This document shows positions 45,797 to 55,225 of a stretch of DNA of 64,000 nucleotides, in pieces (the stretch's first letter is position 1; each line of letters begins with the position of its first letter). Under the pieces are notes generated by a model that did no database searches, was not told where the DNA came from, and saw nothing but the letters and a program-made list of their open reading frames with translations. Both the position numbers and the translations under genes were made by a program. Source of the stretch: Dehalococcoidia bacterium (GTDB lineage: Bacteria > Chloroflexota > Dehalococcoidia > UBA6926); the NCBI GenBank assembly GCA_965220565.1, contig CBDCQG010000001.1:691473-755472 (forward strand), given 5' to 3'.

Positions 45797-48370
45797 TCAC
45801 TCCAGGATCGGTTCTCGCGTCACCTCAATCTCTGCGCTGCGAAGCCAAACCCCGGCCGGGATGTTCGTCGACAGGTAGCGGATCTCAGGCACAATTTCCT
45901 CGCCGGTGGCATCCATAAAGCCGATCTCCACGCGCCCGTCATCCAACCGGCGTGATCGGACCCGTCCGATGGGGTTCTCGTTCACCTCAATGTCGCTGCT
46001 GATCTGCCAGACCCCGGCAGGGCTGTCGGCTGAAAGGTGACGCCGGGAAGGCAGTATCTGCTCCCCGCCGGAGATTTCAACGCCGTGCTCGATCCGGCCG
46101 TCCACATCCAGCTTGGCAATGATGCGCAGTCGGTATGGCGGCAGGGCATCCGTCGTGGCCGTCGGCTCTTCGTATCCCAACAGTTCAAGAATGTCGCTGT
46201 TGTCAGAAATTGACAGCCCCTGCAGGAACAGCGTGTTATCGTGATCCGCGCCCACCATGGCGCACAGCACCGCGTCCTTTGCAAAACCGTAGGCCGGCAA
46301 CGCCGCGCGCATCTCGGCATCGAGCAGGAGCATCTGATCGAGGTCTGTCGTTCCCATCTCCTCCAGGACCTCGCGCAGCTCTCCGCCCGGATTGCGACAG
46401 GATGCCTGCATCGCGAGTGAGTCGACCATTTCCTGGACACCGGCATCCTGCCAGCCCATACCGGCTGCCCGGGCTCCCTCAACAACCCGACCGGCCGCTA
46501 CCGCCGGAGAGATAACCCTTTCGGCGTAGACGAGTTCGGTATAGAGGGCAATTGCGTTTTCGAAGGAGAGCGTTTCACCGCCATCGATCCGGCTCTGGAG
46601 CCCACTCCATGAGGATGCCAGAGACACGTACTCCATCGATGCCGTATCAGACAGGACAACGACAACGCTCTCGATGGCCGCTGGGTTCAGGGCCTCCTTC
46701 GCTGCCAGCGCGTCGCTCAAACCGAACGCGGTAATCGTGTCCGTGTACCGGTCTGCAAAGTGCTCTAACAGGACGCGGGATGATGGATTTTCCACGTCGA
46801 CTGATACGGACGCTCCCGTGACTGACAGATCGGCGATTGCCGGCCGCTCGAAGATCCCGTCCAGCACCTGTGTGCGGACGCCTGCCGTGTAGATCGCTTT
46901 CGCGCGGAGCGAGGAATCCACGTCTGCCTCCGGGTCGGCAACGGAACTAACCGTGGTTGTAACCTCCCCTTCGGAATCGGCAACCGCTTCGACCAGGTAG
47001 TCGGCCCCGTCCACGCTTACCGTGACCTCGTCGAACGTCGTGCTGCTCAGCACCATCAGGTTGTGCCACTGACCGTGGAATCCCCTTTCATTTCCGGCCG
47101 CGTCGTCGGTGACGACTCCGACGAAGATCCACGACGGGCCGGGGTTTCTGAGCGTTGCTTCAAATGGCGTGATTGCTCCCAGGGTGACGCTTGTCTCGTT
47201 CGCGGTCTGCGCGCCTGTATGATAGGAGGCTCCGGCTGCCCAGACCTCCTCTGACGCGTATATCGGGGCATTGATGGAGCGCACACGCGGGCCCACCACA
47301 TAGGTCAGCGCGCTTCCACCAATATCCGCCAGATCGCCGCCCCCGAGGTTGCCCACGCGATAGTGAACGTCAAAAGGCTGCCCGGCCACTACCTGATCCG
47401 GTGTCTGAACATCTTCGATCTTTATCAGGAAGCTGGCCTGGTCCGCCTCCTCATCCACAAGATGGACAACAAGAGTAAAGTCGGCCATCAGGGGCTGATA
47501 GTCGCGTTCCAGGTAGGTGGTTGCCTCCAGCAGGTAGGCGCCCGGCGCGAGGTAGCGGTTGATGCGGGCATTGCGCCGCTCACCGCCGTCGTCGTTCGCG
47601 GCGATCAAGCCGTCGGTAATGGAGACGAGCGACAGCACGGAGTCGCCGTTTTCCGACATCAGGTCCACGCGTACGTGGGCGGCCTGCTCCAGGTTGAACA
47701 GGTAGCTGTGGGCCGGGTGTTCAACAACGAAGCGCGAGCCGCATGTGTCGAGCGACCATGACCCGGATGCGGTCAAATCAACGCCGGACCGCAGTGTGCC
47801 CAGGGGAACGGGATCACAACCCGTGACCCGGCTGATGGAAAGGGTGAAGTCGGCCGGGCCGCGGCTGCGCCCGCCGACCGTGGCTGCCTCTACGACATAG
47901 ACGCCCGGCATCAGGTCGCGCTCGATTCGCGCGTCCAGGCCGGCGCCGCCGTCATCGTTGTCCGTCAGGCGGCGCCCATCGTCAGTTAGCAGATAAAGGA
48001 AGGAGTCTCCCTCTGCGGAATCGAGGTCGATCCTGATCCGGCCCGCATCGACCACCTCAAAGCGATAGCTATGGGCATCACTGCCGGCCCGAAAACGAGA
48101 ATCGCAGTCTTCCGTGGTCCAGCGTCCGGTGCCCGTCAATTCCATATCCGGGTCGGCGCTGAGCGTGCCGAGGTCGGTTGCCTCGCACGTTGCCTCTCCC
48201 TGCGCCCATGCTGAGCCGCTCCACCCCAGGGCCAGTAAACCGACGGCCAGCGCAGCGATAACGCCCGCCAGTGTCAATGCTCGCACCCTGAGGCTGACCG
48301 ACGGCAAGGCAAGGGCCTGAACGTACTTGAGATGCTTCACGGGAACCATGTCCTCCTTCCAGCTGACCAA
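45797..48370 (-). CDS. Secreted/anchored protein with two tandem pre-peptidase C-terminal (PPC, bacterial collagenase-type) domains and a large uncharacterised C-terminal region
   Basis: An N-terminal signal/TM segment is followed by two repeats with the pattern Y.F......V.IDL....DS.L.L....G..IA.NDDGG......I...L.PG.Y..EA.T. 857 aa as called. The start is possibly MVPVKHL (48349). Confidence 0.55.
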   Translation of the reverse strand: MVSWKEDMVPVKHLKYVQALALPSVSLRVRALTLAGVIAALAVGLLALGWSGSAWAQGEATCEATDLGTLSADPDMELTGTGRWTTEDCDSRFRAGSDAHSYRFEVVDAGRIRIDLDSAEGDSFLYLLTDDGRRLTDNDDGGAGLDARIERDLMPGVYVVEAATVGGRSRGPADFTLSISRVTGCDPVPLGTLRSGVDLTASGSWSLDTCGSRFVVEHPAHSYLFNLEQAAHVRVDLMSENGDSVLSLVSITDGLIAANDDGGERRNARINRYLAPGAYLLEATTYLERDYQPLMADFTLVVHLVDEEADQASFLIKIEDVQTPDQVVAGQPFDVHYRVGNLGGGDLADIGGSALTYVVGPRVRSINAPIYASEEVWAAGASYHTGAQTANETSVTLGAITPFEATLRNPGPSWIFVGVVTDDAAGNERGFHGQWHNLMVLSSTTFDEVTVSVDGADYLVEAVADSEGEVTTTVSSVADPEADVDSSLRAKAIYTAGVRTQVLDGIFERPAIADLSVTGASVSVDVENPSSRVLLEHFADRYTDTITAFGLSDALAAKEALNPAAIESVVVVLSDTASMEYVSLASSWSGLQSRIDGGETLSFENAIALYTELVYAERVISPAVAAGRVVEGARAAGMGWQDAGVQEMVDSLAMQASCRNPGGELREVLEEMGTTDLDQMLLLDAEMRAALPAYGFAKDAVLCAMVGADHDNTLFLQGLSISDNSDILELLGYEEPTATTDALPPYRLRIIAKLDVDGRIEHGVEISGGEQILPSRRHLSADSPAGVWQISSDIEVNENPIGRVRSRRLDDGRVEIGFMDATGEEIVPEIRYLSTNIPAGVWLRSAEIEVTREPILE

Positions 48371-48460
48371 CTGAGGCAGTGTAGTGATGCCAAGTAGTAG
48401 TTACGTATTTGATAGTGATGACGCAAACGTAACAACTCCGAAGGTCTGTAACACTCGTTA

Positions 48461-48535
48461 TGGTACCCCTGCCGGGACTCGAACCCGGGCCACCAGCTCC
48501 GGAGGCTGGTGCTCTATCCGCTGAGCTACAGGGGC
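48461..48535 (-). tRNA. tRNA-Arg (anticodon CCG), CCA encoded
   Basis: The reverse-complement reads GCCCCTGTAGCTCAGCGGATAGAGCACCAGCCTCCGGAGCTGGTGGCCCGGGTTCGAGTCCCGGCAGGGGTACCA. The cloverleaf folds with anticodon loop CTCCGGA. Confidence 0.85.
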
Positions 48536-48581
48536 ATGATTACGCGTTGCGGCGCCCCTCCATCATACTCTGCTCAGTTCG

Positions 48582-49904
48582 CTAAACCTGGCTCTTCATC
48601 GCCTGCTCCCTGCGCAGGCCCGGGGCGTTGTTGCGGAACGCGCGCACCAGGACGACGGGCGCGACGAGCGTTGTCGCAATTGTCATCAGGATTGCCACGC
48701 CGAAGAGGTCCTGGCCGATCAACCCCTCTGAGACGCCGATTCCCGCCACAATGAGCCCCACCTCGCCGCGCGGCGCCATCCCCACGCCCACGCGCCACGC
48801 GCCGATGCGGCTGAATCCCGCTGCCAGTGCCGGGATGCCCGATCCTGCCACCTTGCCGATGATGGCCAGCACGACGACGACCAAACCGAACCCGAGAGCA
48901 TCAACCATGGCCTGAATGTCGACCATCGCGCCCATCACGACGAAGAAGATTGGCACCATCGCATGGTAGAGGCCGTTCAAGGGCTGATGGAGTTGATTGC
49001 GGAGTTCCGTCTGCGACAGGGCCAGACCCACCGAGTACGCGCCGATGATCATCGCCAGCCCGAACATCTCCGCCAACGCGGCGGCAAACAGGCCAATGCC
49101 GAACACCATCGCGATTGCCGCGCCCTCCACACGGACGCTGTTGATCGCGCGGACGATGTACTTCGCGCCCAGTATTCCGCCCACCGTCAGCACAAGCCAG
49201 AACCCGATCGCCTTGGCGCCAACGATCGCCACCTCGGTCCACTCGAACGAAGCCGCCTCCGTGGCCGCCTCAATGGACTCGCCTGCCGTCACGCCCACAA
49301 CGACCGTTAAAATCAGAATCCCGAGCACGTCGTCCACAACGGCAGCGCCCAGGATGGTCACGCCCTCCGGTGAGTCCAAACGTCGTAAGTCATCCAGCAC
49401 ACGGGCGGTGATGCCGACGGATGTCGCCGTCATGATGGTGCCGACGAACAGGGCAGGGGCCGAGAAGAAGGAATCTGCAAAGCCAAAGAGAACTGTCGCG
49501 TATGCGCCGAGCGCGAATGGGATAACCACCCCGCCGATGGCCACGAGACTTGCTTGCGGCACGAACCGCAGGAATGCCTTGAGATCGGTATTCAGTCCGG
49601 TTTCGAGCAGCAGGATGATTGCCGCCACCTGCCCGAACACAAAAAGCGTCTTGGGGACGGGAATGACCGCCCCCTCCTCAGGTGGCTCAAATATCTCTTC
49701 AAAAAGCCCGATGGGTTCATAGCCGAGCAGCTCGAATCCATGAATCGCCACCGTGCCGATGATGATGCCCGCGACCAACTCCCCAATGACGGCCGGCTGC
49801 CGCAGAAAACGCTCAGTAAACTCACCCGCAAGCTTGGCGGCTACCAGGATGATGCCCACTTGCATAGCAAGAATGACGGCCGAGTGGGTAAAATCTTCGC
49901 CCAA
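48582..49904 (-). CDS. Cation:proton antiporter (CPA family, Na+/H+ or K+/H+ exchanger) membrane protein
   Basis: The 440-aa ORF has about 12 TM segments. Its N-terminus (AVIGELVAGIIIGT) is typical of Na_H_Exchanger family proteins. Confidence 0.7.
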   Translation of the reverse strand: MGEDFTHSAVILAMQVGIILVAAKLAGEFTERFLRQPAVIGELVAGIIIGTVAIHGFELLGYEPIGLFEEIFEPPEEGAVIPVPKTLFVFGQVAAIILLLETGLNTDLKAFLRFVPQASLVAIGGVVIPFALGAYATVLFGFADSFFSAPALFVGTIMTATSVGITARVLDDLRRLDSPEGVTILGAAVVDDVLGILILTVVVGVTAGESIEAATEAASFEWTEVAIVGAKAIGFWLVLTVGGILGAKYIVRAINSVRVEGAAIAMVFGIGLFAAALAEMFGLAMIIGAYSVGLALSQTELRNQLHQPLNGLYHAMVPIFFVVMGAMVDIQAMVDALGFGLVVVVLAIIGKVAGSGIPALAAGFSRIGAWRVGVGMAPRGEVGLIVAGIGVSEGLIGQDLFGVAILMTIATTLVAPVVLVRAFRNNAPGLRREQAMKSQV

Positions 49905-49971
49905 TATCTCCTCCTGGCTGAATATGGCGCGATAGCCACATTAGTATAAGGGATACGCATAGGACGAAACC

Positions 49972-50376
49972 GTGCAGAACAAGGATCGACAGACAGGCCC
50001 AACCACCCGCTCCAGGCGCGGGCTGCATGCCCAAAACCTCGCCCGCCGCCGCCTCGAAACCGAGGGCTTTAACGTCCTGGCGGAGAATGTCCGCTATCGT
50101 GCCGGGGAACTCGATATCGTCGGTGTCATCGACGAGACGCTTGTGGCCGTCGAGGTTCGCAGCCGCTCCACGCCCAACGTCGGCACCCCGGAGGAATCCG
50201 TCACTCCCGCCAAGGCCGCCCGTCTCGCGCGCTTGATTGAGATATACCGGCAGCGCCACGAGGCAGAGGGATTGCCTGAGAACACGCGCATCGACGTGGT
50301 TGCCGTCGTCTTCGACCGGCGGGGCAGGGTGATGCGGCTCACCTGGCACAAGAACGCAATTGAGGATACCAGTTGA
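49972..50376 (+). CDS. YraN (UPF0102) family endonuclease-like protein
   Basis: It has the GELDIVGV...LVAVEVRSR PD-(D/E)xK-like core typical of UPF0102. 134 aa. Confidence 0.7.
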   Translation: MQNKDRQTGPTTRSRRGLHAQNLARRRLETEGFNVLAENVRYRAGELDIVGVIDETLVAVEVRSRSTPNVGTPEESVTPAKAARLARLIEIYRQRHEAEGLPENTRIDVVAVVFDRRGRVMRLTWHKNAIEDTS

Positions 50377-50406
50377 CTACTCTCCCTCTGTTAGACTGAC
50401 CACGCC

Positions 50407-50670
50407 ATGCCGATCTATGAATTCAGGTGCGAGGAGTGTGGGCGGGACACGAGCGTGTTCACGCGCTCCGTCTCCGCGCCCATCGGCGAGCCGACCTGCC
50501 GTCACTGCGACAGCACGTCTCTGCGCCGCAAGGTCTCACGGGTTGCTGTCGTTCGCTCACGGCAGGACCTGTACCGCGACTATGACCGCCTCTCCGCGTT
50601 TGATGACGCGCCAAGCGATGATGATTACGATGGGATGGATGACGGCTACTTCGATGACGGGTACGATTAA
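50407..50670 (+). CDS. FmdB-family zinc-ribbon protein with acidic Tyr/Asp-rich tail
   Basis: MPIYEFRCEECG...CRHCDS is the FmdB CxxC...CxxC ribbon. 87 aa. Confidence 0.75.
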   Translation: MPIYEFRCEECGRDTSVFTRSVSAPIGEPTCRHCDSTSLRRKVSRVAVVRSRQDLYRDYDRLSAFDDAPSDDDYDGMDDGYFDDGYD

Positions 50671-50708
50671 CGGTGTTATGAGGGCACGGCAGAGAGGGCG
50701 GTGACACG

Positions 50709-51065
50709 ATGCCCATTTACGAGTACACGTGCAAGGATTGCGACAAGCGCTCCACCACCTTCTATAAGGTCATCCCGGAGGAACTGCCCACGGAGCAGGA
50801 ATGCGCCCACTGCGGTTCCACCAAGACCGAGAAGGTCATGTCCCGCGCCGCCTACGTTCGCTCAACCGCCTCTCGGCATGAGGCCTCCGGTGATCCCGAC
50901 GCCCCCGGCTACGATTACTGGCGCGACCCCTCGAACATCGGACGATGGGCAGAGAAGCGCATGGACGAGGCGGGCATTGAGATGCCCGACCGCGTCAAGG
51001 AGATGATCGGCCAGGCCCGCGAGGGCGAAGTCGACAAGATCCTCGACAAGCGCGGCCTGGACTAG
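50709..51065 (+). CDS. FmdB-family zinc-ribbon protein (paralog, longer C-terminal tail)
   Basis: MPIYEYTCKDCD...CAHCGS. 118 aa. Confidence 0.75.
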   Translation: MPIYEYTCKDCDKRSTTFYKVIPEELPTEQECAHCGSTKTEKVMSRAAYVRSTASRHEASGDPDAPGYDYWRDPSNIGRWAEKRMDEAGIEMPDRVKEMIGQAREGEVDKILDKRGLD

Positions 51066-51069
51066 CCCC

Positions 51070-51094
51070 CAGTCATTCCCGCGAAAGCGGGAAG
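51070..51094. repeat. Interspersed palindromic repeat, family A copy
   Basis: cagtcattcccgcgaaagcgggaag. Confidence 0.65.
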
Positions 51095-51107
51095 AGGAGA
51101 AACCGGA

Positions 51108-51938
51108 ATGTCCTTGATCCCGCCTACATTCCTGGACAAGGTCGTCGCGCTGGGCACGCCGGACAAGGACGGAAACATACGGTACGCCGCCTCCGGCTTC
51201 TTGTACGGGCAGCCTTCAGGGAACCAGGGTCGATACTACGTTTACCTGGTCACGAATCGGCACGTTGTGAAAGGGATACGCAGCCCGCAGATACGCTTCA
51301 ATGCGCTTGCCGGGACTGCTCCGAAGATACTGCCTTTGCCTCCAAATGATGACGGACCGAACGATCACTGGATCTTTCATCCTGACCCGGATGTCGACGT
51401 TGCCGTTCTGCTGATAGACTCACTTGGTCAAGCCCTGAAAGATGTGAAGATGGCGTTCTTCACGGGAAACGTGCAGACGGAACGCCTGGAGTCCATGAAG
51501 AGCGGTTCCGTTTCAGAGGGAGACGAAGTCTATGTGCTCGGTTTCCCTCTTGGACTGGCCGGCGCTGAACAGAACTATGTGATCGTGCGGCAGGGAGTCA
51601 TCGCCCGGATTCAGGACTGCTATGAGCAGCGCTCCAAGGAATTCCTGATTGATTCGTTTGTCTTTCCGGGCAATAGCGGAGGCCCGGTCATTCTCAAGCC
51701 AACCATGTTCTCGTATGGCCAGACGCGCCCGGACCCCAAGTTGATAGGCGTTGTGGCTGCTTATCAGCCGTTCGTTGACGTCGCTCTCAGTGAGCAGACC
51801 GGAACTCCCAGGCTGATCGTCCAGGAGAACTCCGGACTTGCCACGGTGATTCCCGTCGATCTGATCCAGGAGACCGTTGAATTGGCGGCGGAACGGTATG
51901 GGATTACCCAACCATCCCCGTCCGTCATTCCCGCGTAA
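51108..51938 (+). CDS. Cytoplasmic trypsin-like (S1/Trypsin_2 type) serine peptidase, no signal peptide
   Basis: The catalytic triad context is LVTNRHVV (His), DVAVLLI (Asp) and GNSGGPV (Ser). 276 aa. It is flanked on both sides by family-A repeats. Confidence 0.65.
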   Translation: MSLIPPTFLDKVVALGTPDKDGNIRYAASGFLYGQPSGNQGRYYVYLVTNRHVVKGIRSPQIRFNALAGTAPKILPLPPNDDGPNDHWIFHPDPDVDVAVLLIDSLGQALKDVKMAFFTGNVQTERLESMKSGSVSEGDEVYVLGFPLGLAGAEQNYVIVRQGVIARIQDCYEQRSKEFLIDSFVFPGNSGGPVILKPTMFSYGQTRPDPKLIGVVAAYQPFVDVALSEQTGTPRLIVQENSGLATVIPVDLIQETVELAAERYGITQPSPSVIPA

Positions 51939-51947
51939 GCGGAAACC
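51921..51947. repeat. Interspersed palindromic repeat, family A copy (degenerate)
   Basis: tccgtcattcccgcgtaagcggaaacc, overlapping the protease stop. Confidence 0.55.
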
Positions 51948-52104
51948 TGGCACGGATTAACTAACCCAACCCGCTACACCACCCTCCCTCCTGTATCCTT
52001 ATAGCTGAGCGTCGCTGGCACTCCCGGTGTCGCTTGCCGCGCAGTATTCACCCTGATTGCAATGGAGGCCTCGCCACGTGACCATTGAGCCGACGCTGAC
52101 TGAT

Positions 52105-53400
52105 ATGAACACGATTGTGTCGCTCGCCAAGCGGCGCGGGTTCGTGTTCCCCGCCAGCGAGATCTACGGCGGAATCGGCTCGTCGTGGGACTATGGCCCC
52201 CTCGGCGTGGAACTCAAACGCAACGTGCGGGATGCATGGTGGCGCGCGATGGTGCAGGAGCGCGATGATGTCGTCGGCCTTGACAGCGCCATCATCCAGA
52301 GTCCCCTCGTCTGGGAGGCGAGCGGCCACGTCGCTGGATTCACGGATCCGCTTATCGAGTGCCGTACCTGCCATCGCCGCTATCGCGCCGACCATATTGA
52401 GAACAAGACCTGCCCCGACTGCGGAGATGTGGACGAATTCACGGAACCGCGGCAGTTCAACCTCATGTTCAAGACGTTCCTTGGGCCCGTGGAGGAGGAC
52501 GCAGCAGTCGCTTTCCTGCGGCCGGAGACGGCGCAGGGCATCTTCACAAACTTCGACAACGTGCGGACGGCCACGCGCAAGAAGGTCCCGTTCGGTATTG
52601 CGCAAACAGGAAAATCGTTCCGAAACGAAATCACAACCGGAAACTTCATCTTCCGCACCCGTGAATTTGAACAGATGGAGATGGAGTACTTCGTCCGGCC
52701 TGAGGACGGCTTTGCATCCCTGGAATACTGGCGAAATGAGCGGATGAATTGGTACACGGACCTCGGCATCAACCCGGAGCGGCTGCGCTTCCGCCAGCAT
52801 GAGCAGGATGAACTCGCCCATTACGCCGCCGCCGTTTATGACATTGAGTACCTTTTCCCCATCGGCTGGTCGGAATTGGAGGGCATCGCCTACCGCGGCG
52901 ACTTTGACCTCCGCCAGCACCAGGACAGCTCCGGGCGCAAGCTGGAGTACTTTGATGACGAGCGGCAAGAGCGGTTCATACCCCACGTTGTGGAGCCCGC
53001 CAGCGGCGTCGATCGCTGCCTGCTCGCCTTCCTCGTTGACGGCTACACGGAAGAGGAGGTGAACGGGGAGAGTCGCACCGTGCTCAAGCTGCACCGTGAT
53101 CTTGCTCCGTACAAGATCGCCGTGCTCCCTCTCTCCCGCAACGAGAAGCTTCTGCCCAAGTCGCGGGAGGTCTATGACATCGTCCGCCGCCGCTGGATGA
53201 CCGACTATGATGATTCCCAATCCATCGGCCGCCGCTACCGCCGACAGGACGAGATCGGCACGCCGTACTGCGTCACCATCGATTTCCAGACCGTGGAAGA
53301 GGACGACGCCGTGACCGTTCGTGACCGCGACACGATGGAGCAGGTGCGCGTCCCCATCGCTGAGCTGGGCGCGCTCCTGGAGGAACGCCTTGCCCGCTAG
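52105..53400 (+). CDS. glyQS: Glycine--tRNA ligase (alpha2 dimeric class II type)
   Basis: IVSLAKRRGFVFPASEIYGG ... class II motifs and a C-terminal anticodon-binding domain. The ORF track starts at 52057. The ATG at 52105 (MNTIVSLAK) matches the family's N-termini better. Confidence 0.85.
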   Translation: MNTIVSLAKRRGFVFPASEIYGGIGSSWDYGPLGVELKRNVRDAWWRAMVQERDDVVGLDSAIIQSPLVWEASGHVAGFTDPLIECRTCHRRYRADHIENKTCPDCGDVDEFTEPRQFNLMFKTFLGPVEEDAAVAFLRPETAQGIFTNFDNVRTATRKKVPFGIAQTGKSFRNEITTGNFIFRTREFEQMEMEYFVRPEDGFASLEYWRNERMNWYTDLGINPERLRFRQHEQDELAHYAAAVYDIEYLFPIGWSELEGIAYRGDFDLRQHQDSSGRKLEYFDDERQERFIPHVVEPASGVDRCLLAFLVDGYTEEEVNGESRTVLKLHRDLAPYKIAVLPLSRNEKLLPKSREVYDIVRRRWMTDYDDSQSIGRRYRRQDEIGTPYCVTIDFQTVEEDDAVTVRDRDTMEQVRVPIAELGALLEERLAR

Positions 53401-53409
53401 ACCGATTAT

Positions 53410-53444
53410 CCCCTCTTCTGACGGGAGAGGGTTGGGGTGAGGGC
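53410..53444. repeat. Interspersed repeat, family B copy, intergenic between glyQS and the sbcD-like gene
   Basis: cccctcttctgacgggagagggttggggtgagggc. Confidence 0.65.
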
Positions 53445-53446
53445 AG

Positions 53447-55225
53447 ATGCGAATTATCCACTTTGCCGACGCGCACATCGGCGTTGAGACACACAGTCGC
53501 CCCGTTACGTCGGACGACCTTAGCGCGCTGCCTGAATCTTTCGCTCCGGGCGTCAACCGCGCCGCCACGTATACGGGGATGCCGTCCCGCCTCATTGATT
53601 CTCTGCGCGCTTTCGACGAACTCGTTGAGTTCGCCCTGACTGAACCCCGCGCCGATCTTGTCGTCTTTTCCGGTGACGCCTATCGTTCACGAGACCCTTC
53701 CCAGACCCACCAGCGGGAGTTCGCCCGCCGCGTCAGCCGCCTCGCACTCGCGGGCATCCCTGTGTTTCTCCTCACCGGCAACCATGACGTGCCCAACACG
53801 GAGGGCAGGGCGACTGCGCTGGACATCTTTGACGCGCTCGCGGTGGATAACGTGACGGTTGCCTCCCGCCCCGGTGTTCACCGCATTGAGACGGCGGCCG
53901 GCCCCGTCCAGATGCTGGCCGTCCCGTGGCTGCGGCGCAGTTCCGCCGCGGCGCGCGCTGAATTGCACGGCAAGAGCTCCGCTGAGGTCAACGAGTGGAT
54001 GCAGAGTTTCCTCAGCAATGAGATAACGCGCATGGCGGGTGAACTCGATCAAACTGTGCCGTCCATCCTGTCAGCCCACGCCACCGCCACGACGGCCACC
54101 GTCGGTCACGAACGCAGCATGATGATGGGCAACGACTACCTGCTGCTGCCCAGCGCGTTCCAGACGCATCCCGTCGACTATGCTGCCCTCGGCCACATCC
54201 ACCGCCATCAACTGGTTGCAGACGCCCCGCCCACCGTCTATCCCGGCAGTCTCCACCGCGTTGATTTCTCCGAAGAGAATGACAGCAAGGGATTCTGTGT
54301 GGTGGACATTGATCCTGCTCTGCCCCCGGGACGCCGCGTTGCCTCATGGTCGTTTCGCCCCGTCTGGGCTCGTCCGTTCAGGACGGTCAAGGTCGCCGTC
54401 CATGCAGGCGAGCAGGACGTGATGGGAACGATTACAAGCCGCCTTGCCGCCGCGGATGTGCGCGATGCCGTAGCCCGTGTGGAGATTCAGGCTCCCGCCG
54501 AACTTGCGGGCGACATCGACCGTGTCCGTATTCGAAATGTGTTGCGGCAGGCCGGAGCGCACGTCGTTTCGGGCGTCACGGTGCAGGCCGACTCGTCGGA
54601 TAGAACGCGAACGCGTCTTGACCGCGGCATGGCAATTGAGTCGCTTGAGCCTGAACAAGCCCTTAGCTTGTATATGGAAAAATCATCCGTTGCCACCGAG
54701 CGTCGCGTGGTGCTCCTGCAGGCGGCACGTGAGATTATCAACACGGATCAGATGGGGCAGGGAGCTGGCGTGGATGATGACACGGGCGTGGTAGTCCGCA
54801 TCGCCGGAGAGGCTGACATGGAAGCGATCTTCGCCCTCCGCCGCGTCGTGTTCATCGATGAACAGAATGTTGATGCCGACGAAGAATGGGACGGGCGCGA
54901 TGAGGACGCCGTCCATGCCGTGGCGCTCCTGGAGGATGAGGTTGTTGGCACTGGCCGCCTCCTAACGGACGAGGGCGAGGAAACGTGCCGCATTGGGCGC
55001 ATGGCCGTCCGGCAGGACCTCAGGCGGCACGGAATCGGAGACAGGATTCTGGCACTGCTGGAGGACGCCGCTCAGGAACGGGGTTTTGCACAGGCCCTGC
55101 TCCACGCGCAGACCTACGTCAAAGACTTTTACGCGCAGGCGGGCTACAGGGAGCAGGGCGAGATATTTCTGGAAGCCGGCATCGAGCACGTGGCCATGAC
55201 GAAGGACCTATCCGGCGCCCCGTAG
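53447..55225 (+). CDS. SbcD/Mre11-like DNA-repair exonuclease (calcineurin-like metallophosphoesterase) fused in-frame to a C-terminal GNAT N-acetyltransferase domain
   Basis: The N-terminus MRIIHFADAHIG ... GDAYRS ... LTGNHD ... GHIHRH gives the Mre11/SbcD motifs I-V. The C-terminal approximately 150 aa carry GNAT motifs (RRVVFIDEQ...VHAVALLEDEVVGTGRLL...CRIGRMAVRQDLRRHGIGDRIL). No sbcC is adjacent. Confidence 0.7.
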   Translation: MRIIHFADAHIGVETHSRPVTSDDLSALPESFAPGVNRAATYTGMPSRLIDSLRAFDELVEFALTEPRADLVVFSGDAYRSRDPSQTHQREFARRVSRLALAGIPVFLLTGNHDVPNTEGRATALDIFDALAVDNVTVASRPGVHRIETAAGPVQMLAVPWLRRSSAAARAELHGKSSAEVNEWMQSFLSNEITRMAGELDQTVPSILSAHATATTATVGHERSMMMGNDYLLLPSAFQTHPVDYAALGHIHRHQLVADAPPTVYPGSLHRVDFSEENDSKGFCVVDIDPALPPGRRVASWSFRPVWARPFRTVKVAVHAGEQDVMGTITSRLAAADVRDAVARVEIQAPAELAGDIDRVRIRNVLRQAGAHVVSGVTVQADSSDRTRTRLDRGMAIESLEPEQALSLYMEKSSVATERRVVLLQAAREIINTDQMGQGAGVDDDTGVVVRIAGEADMEAIFALRRVVFIDEQNVDADEEWDGRDEDAVHAVALLEDEVVGTGRLLTDEGEETCRIGRMAVRQDLRRHGIGDRILALLEDAAQERGFAQALLHAQTYVKDFYAQAGYREQGEIFLEAGIEHVAMTKDLSGAP

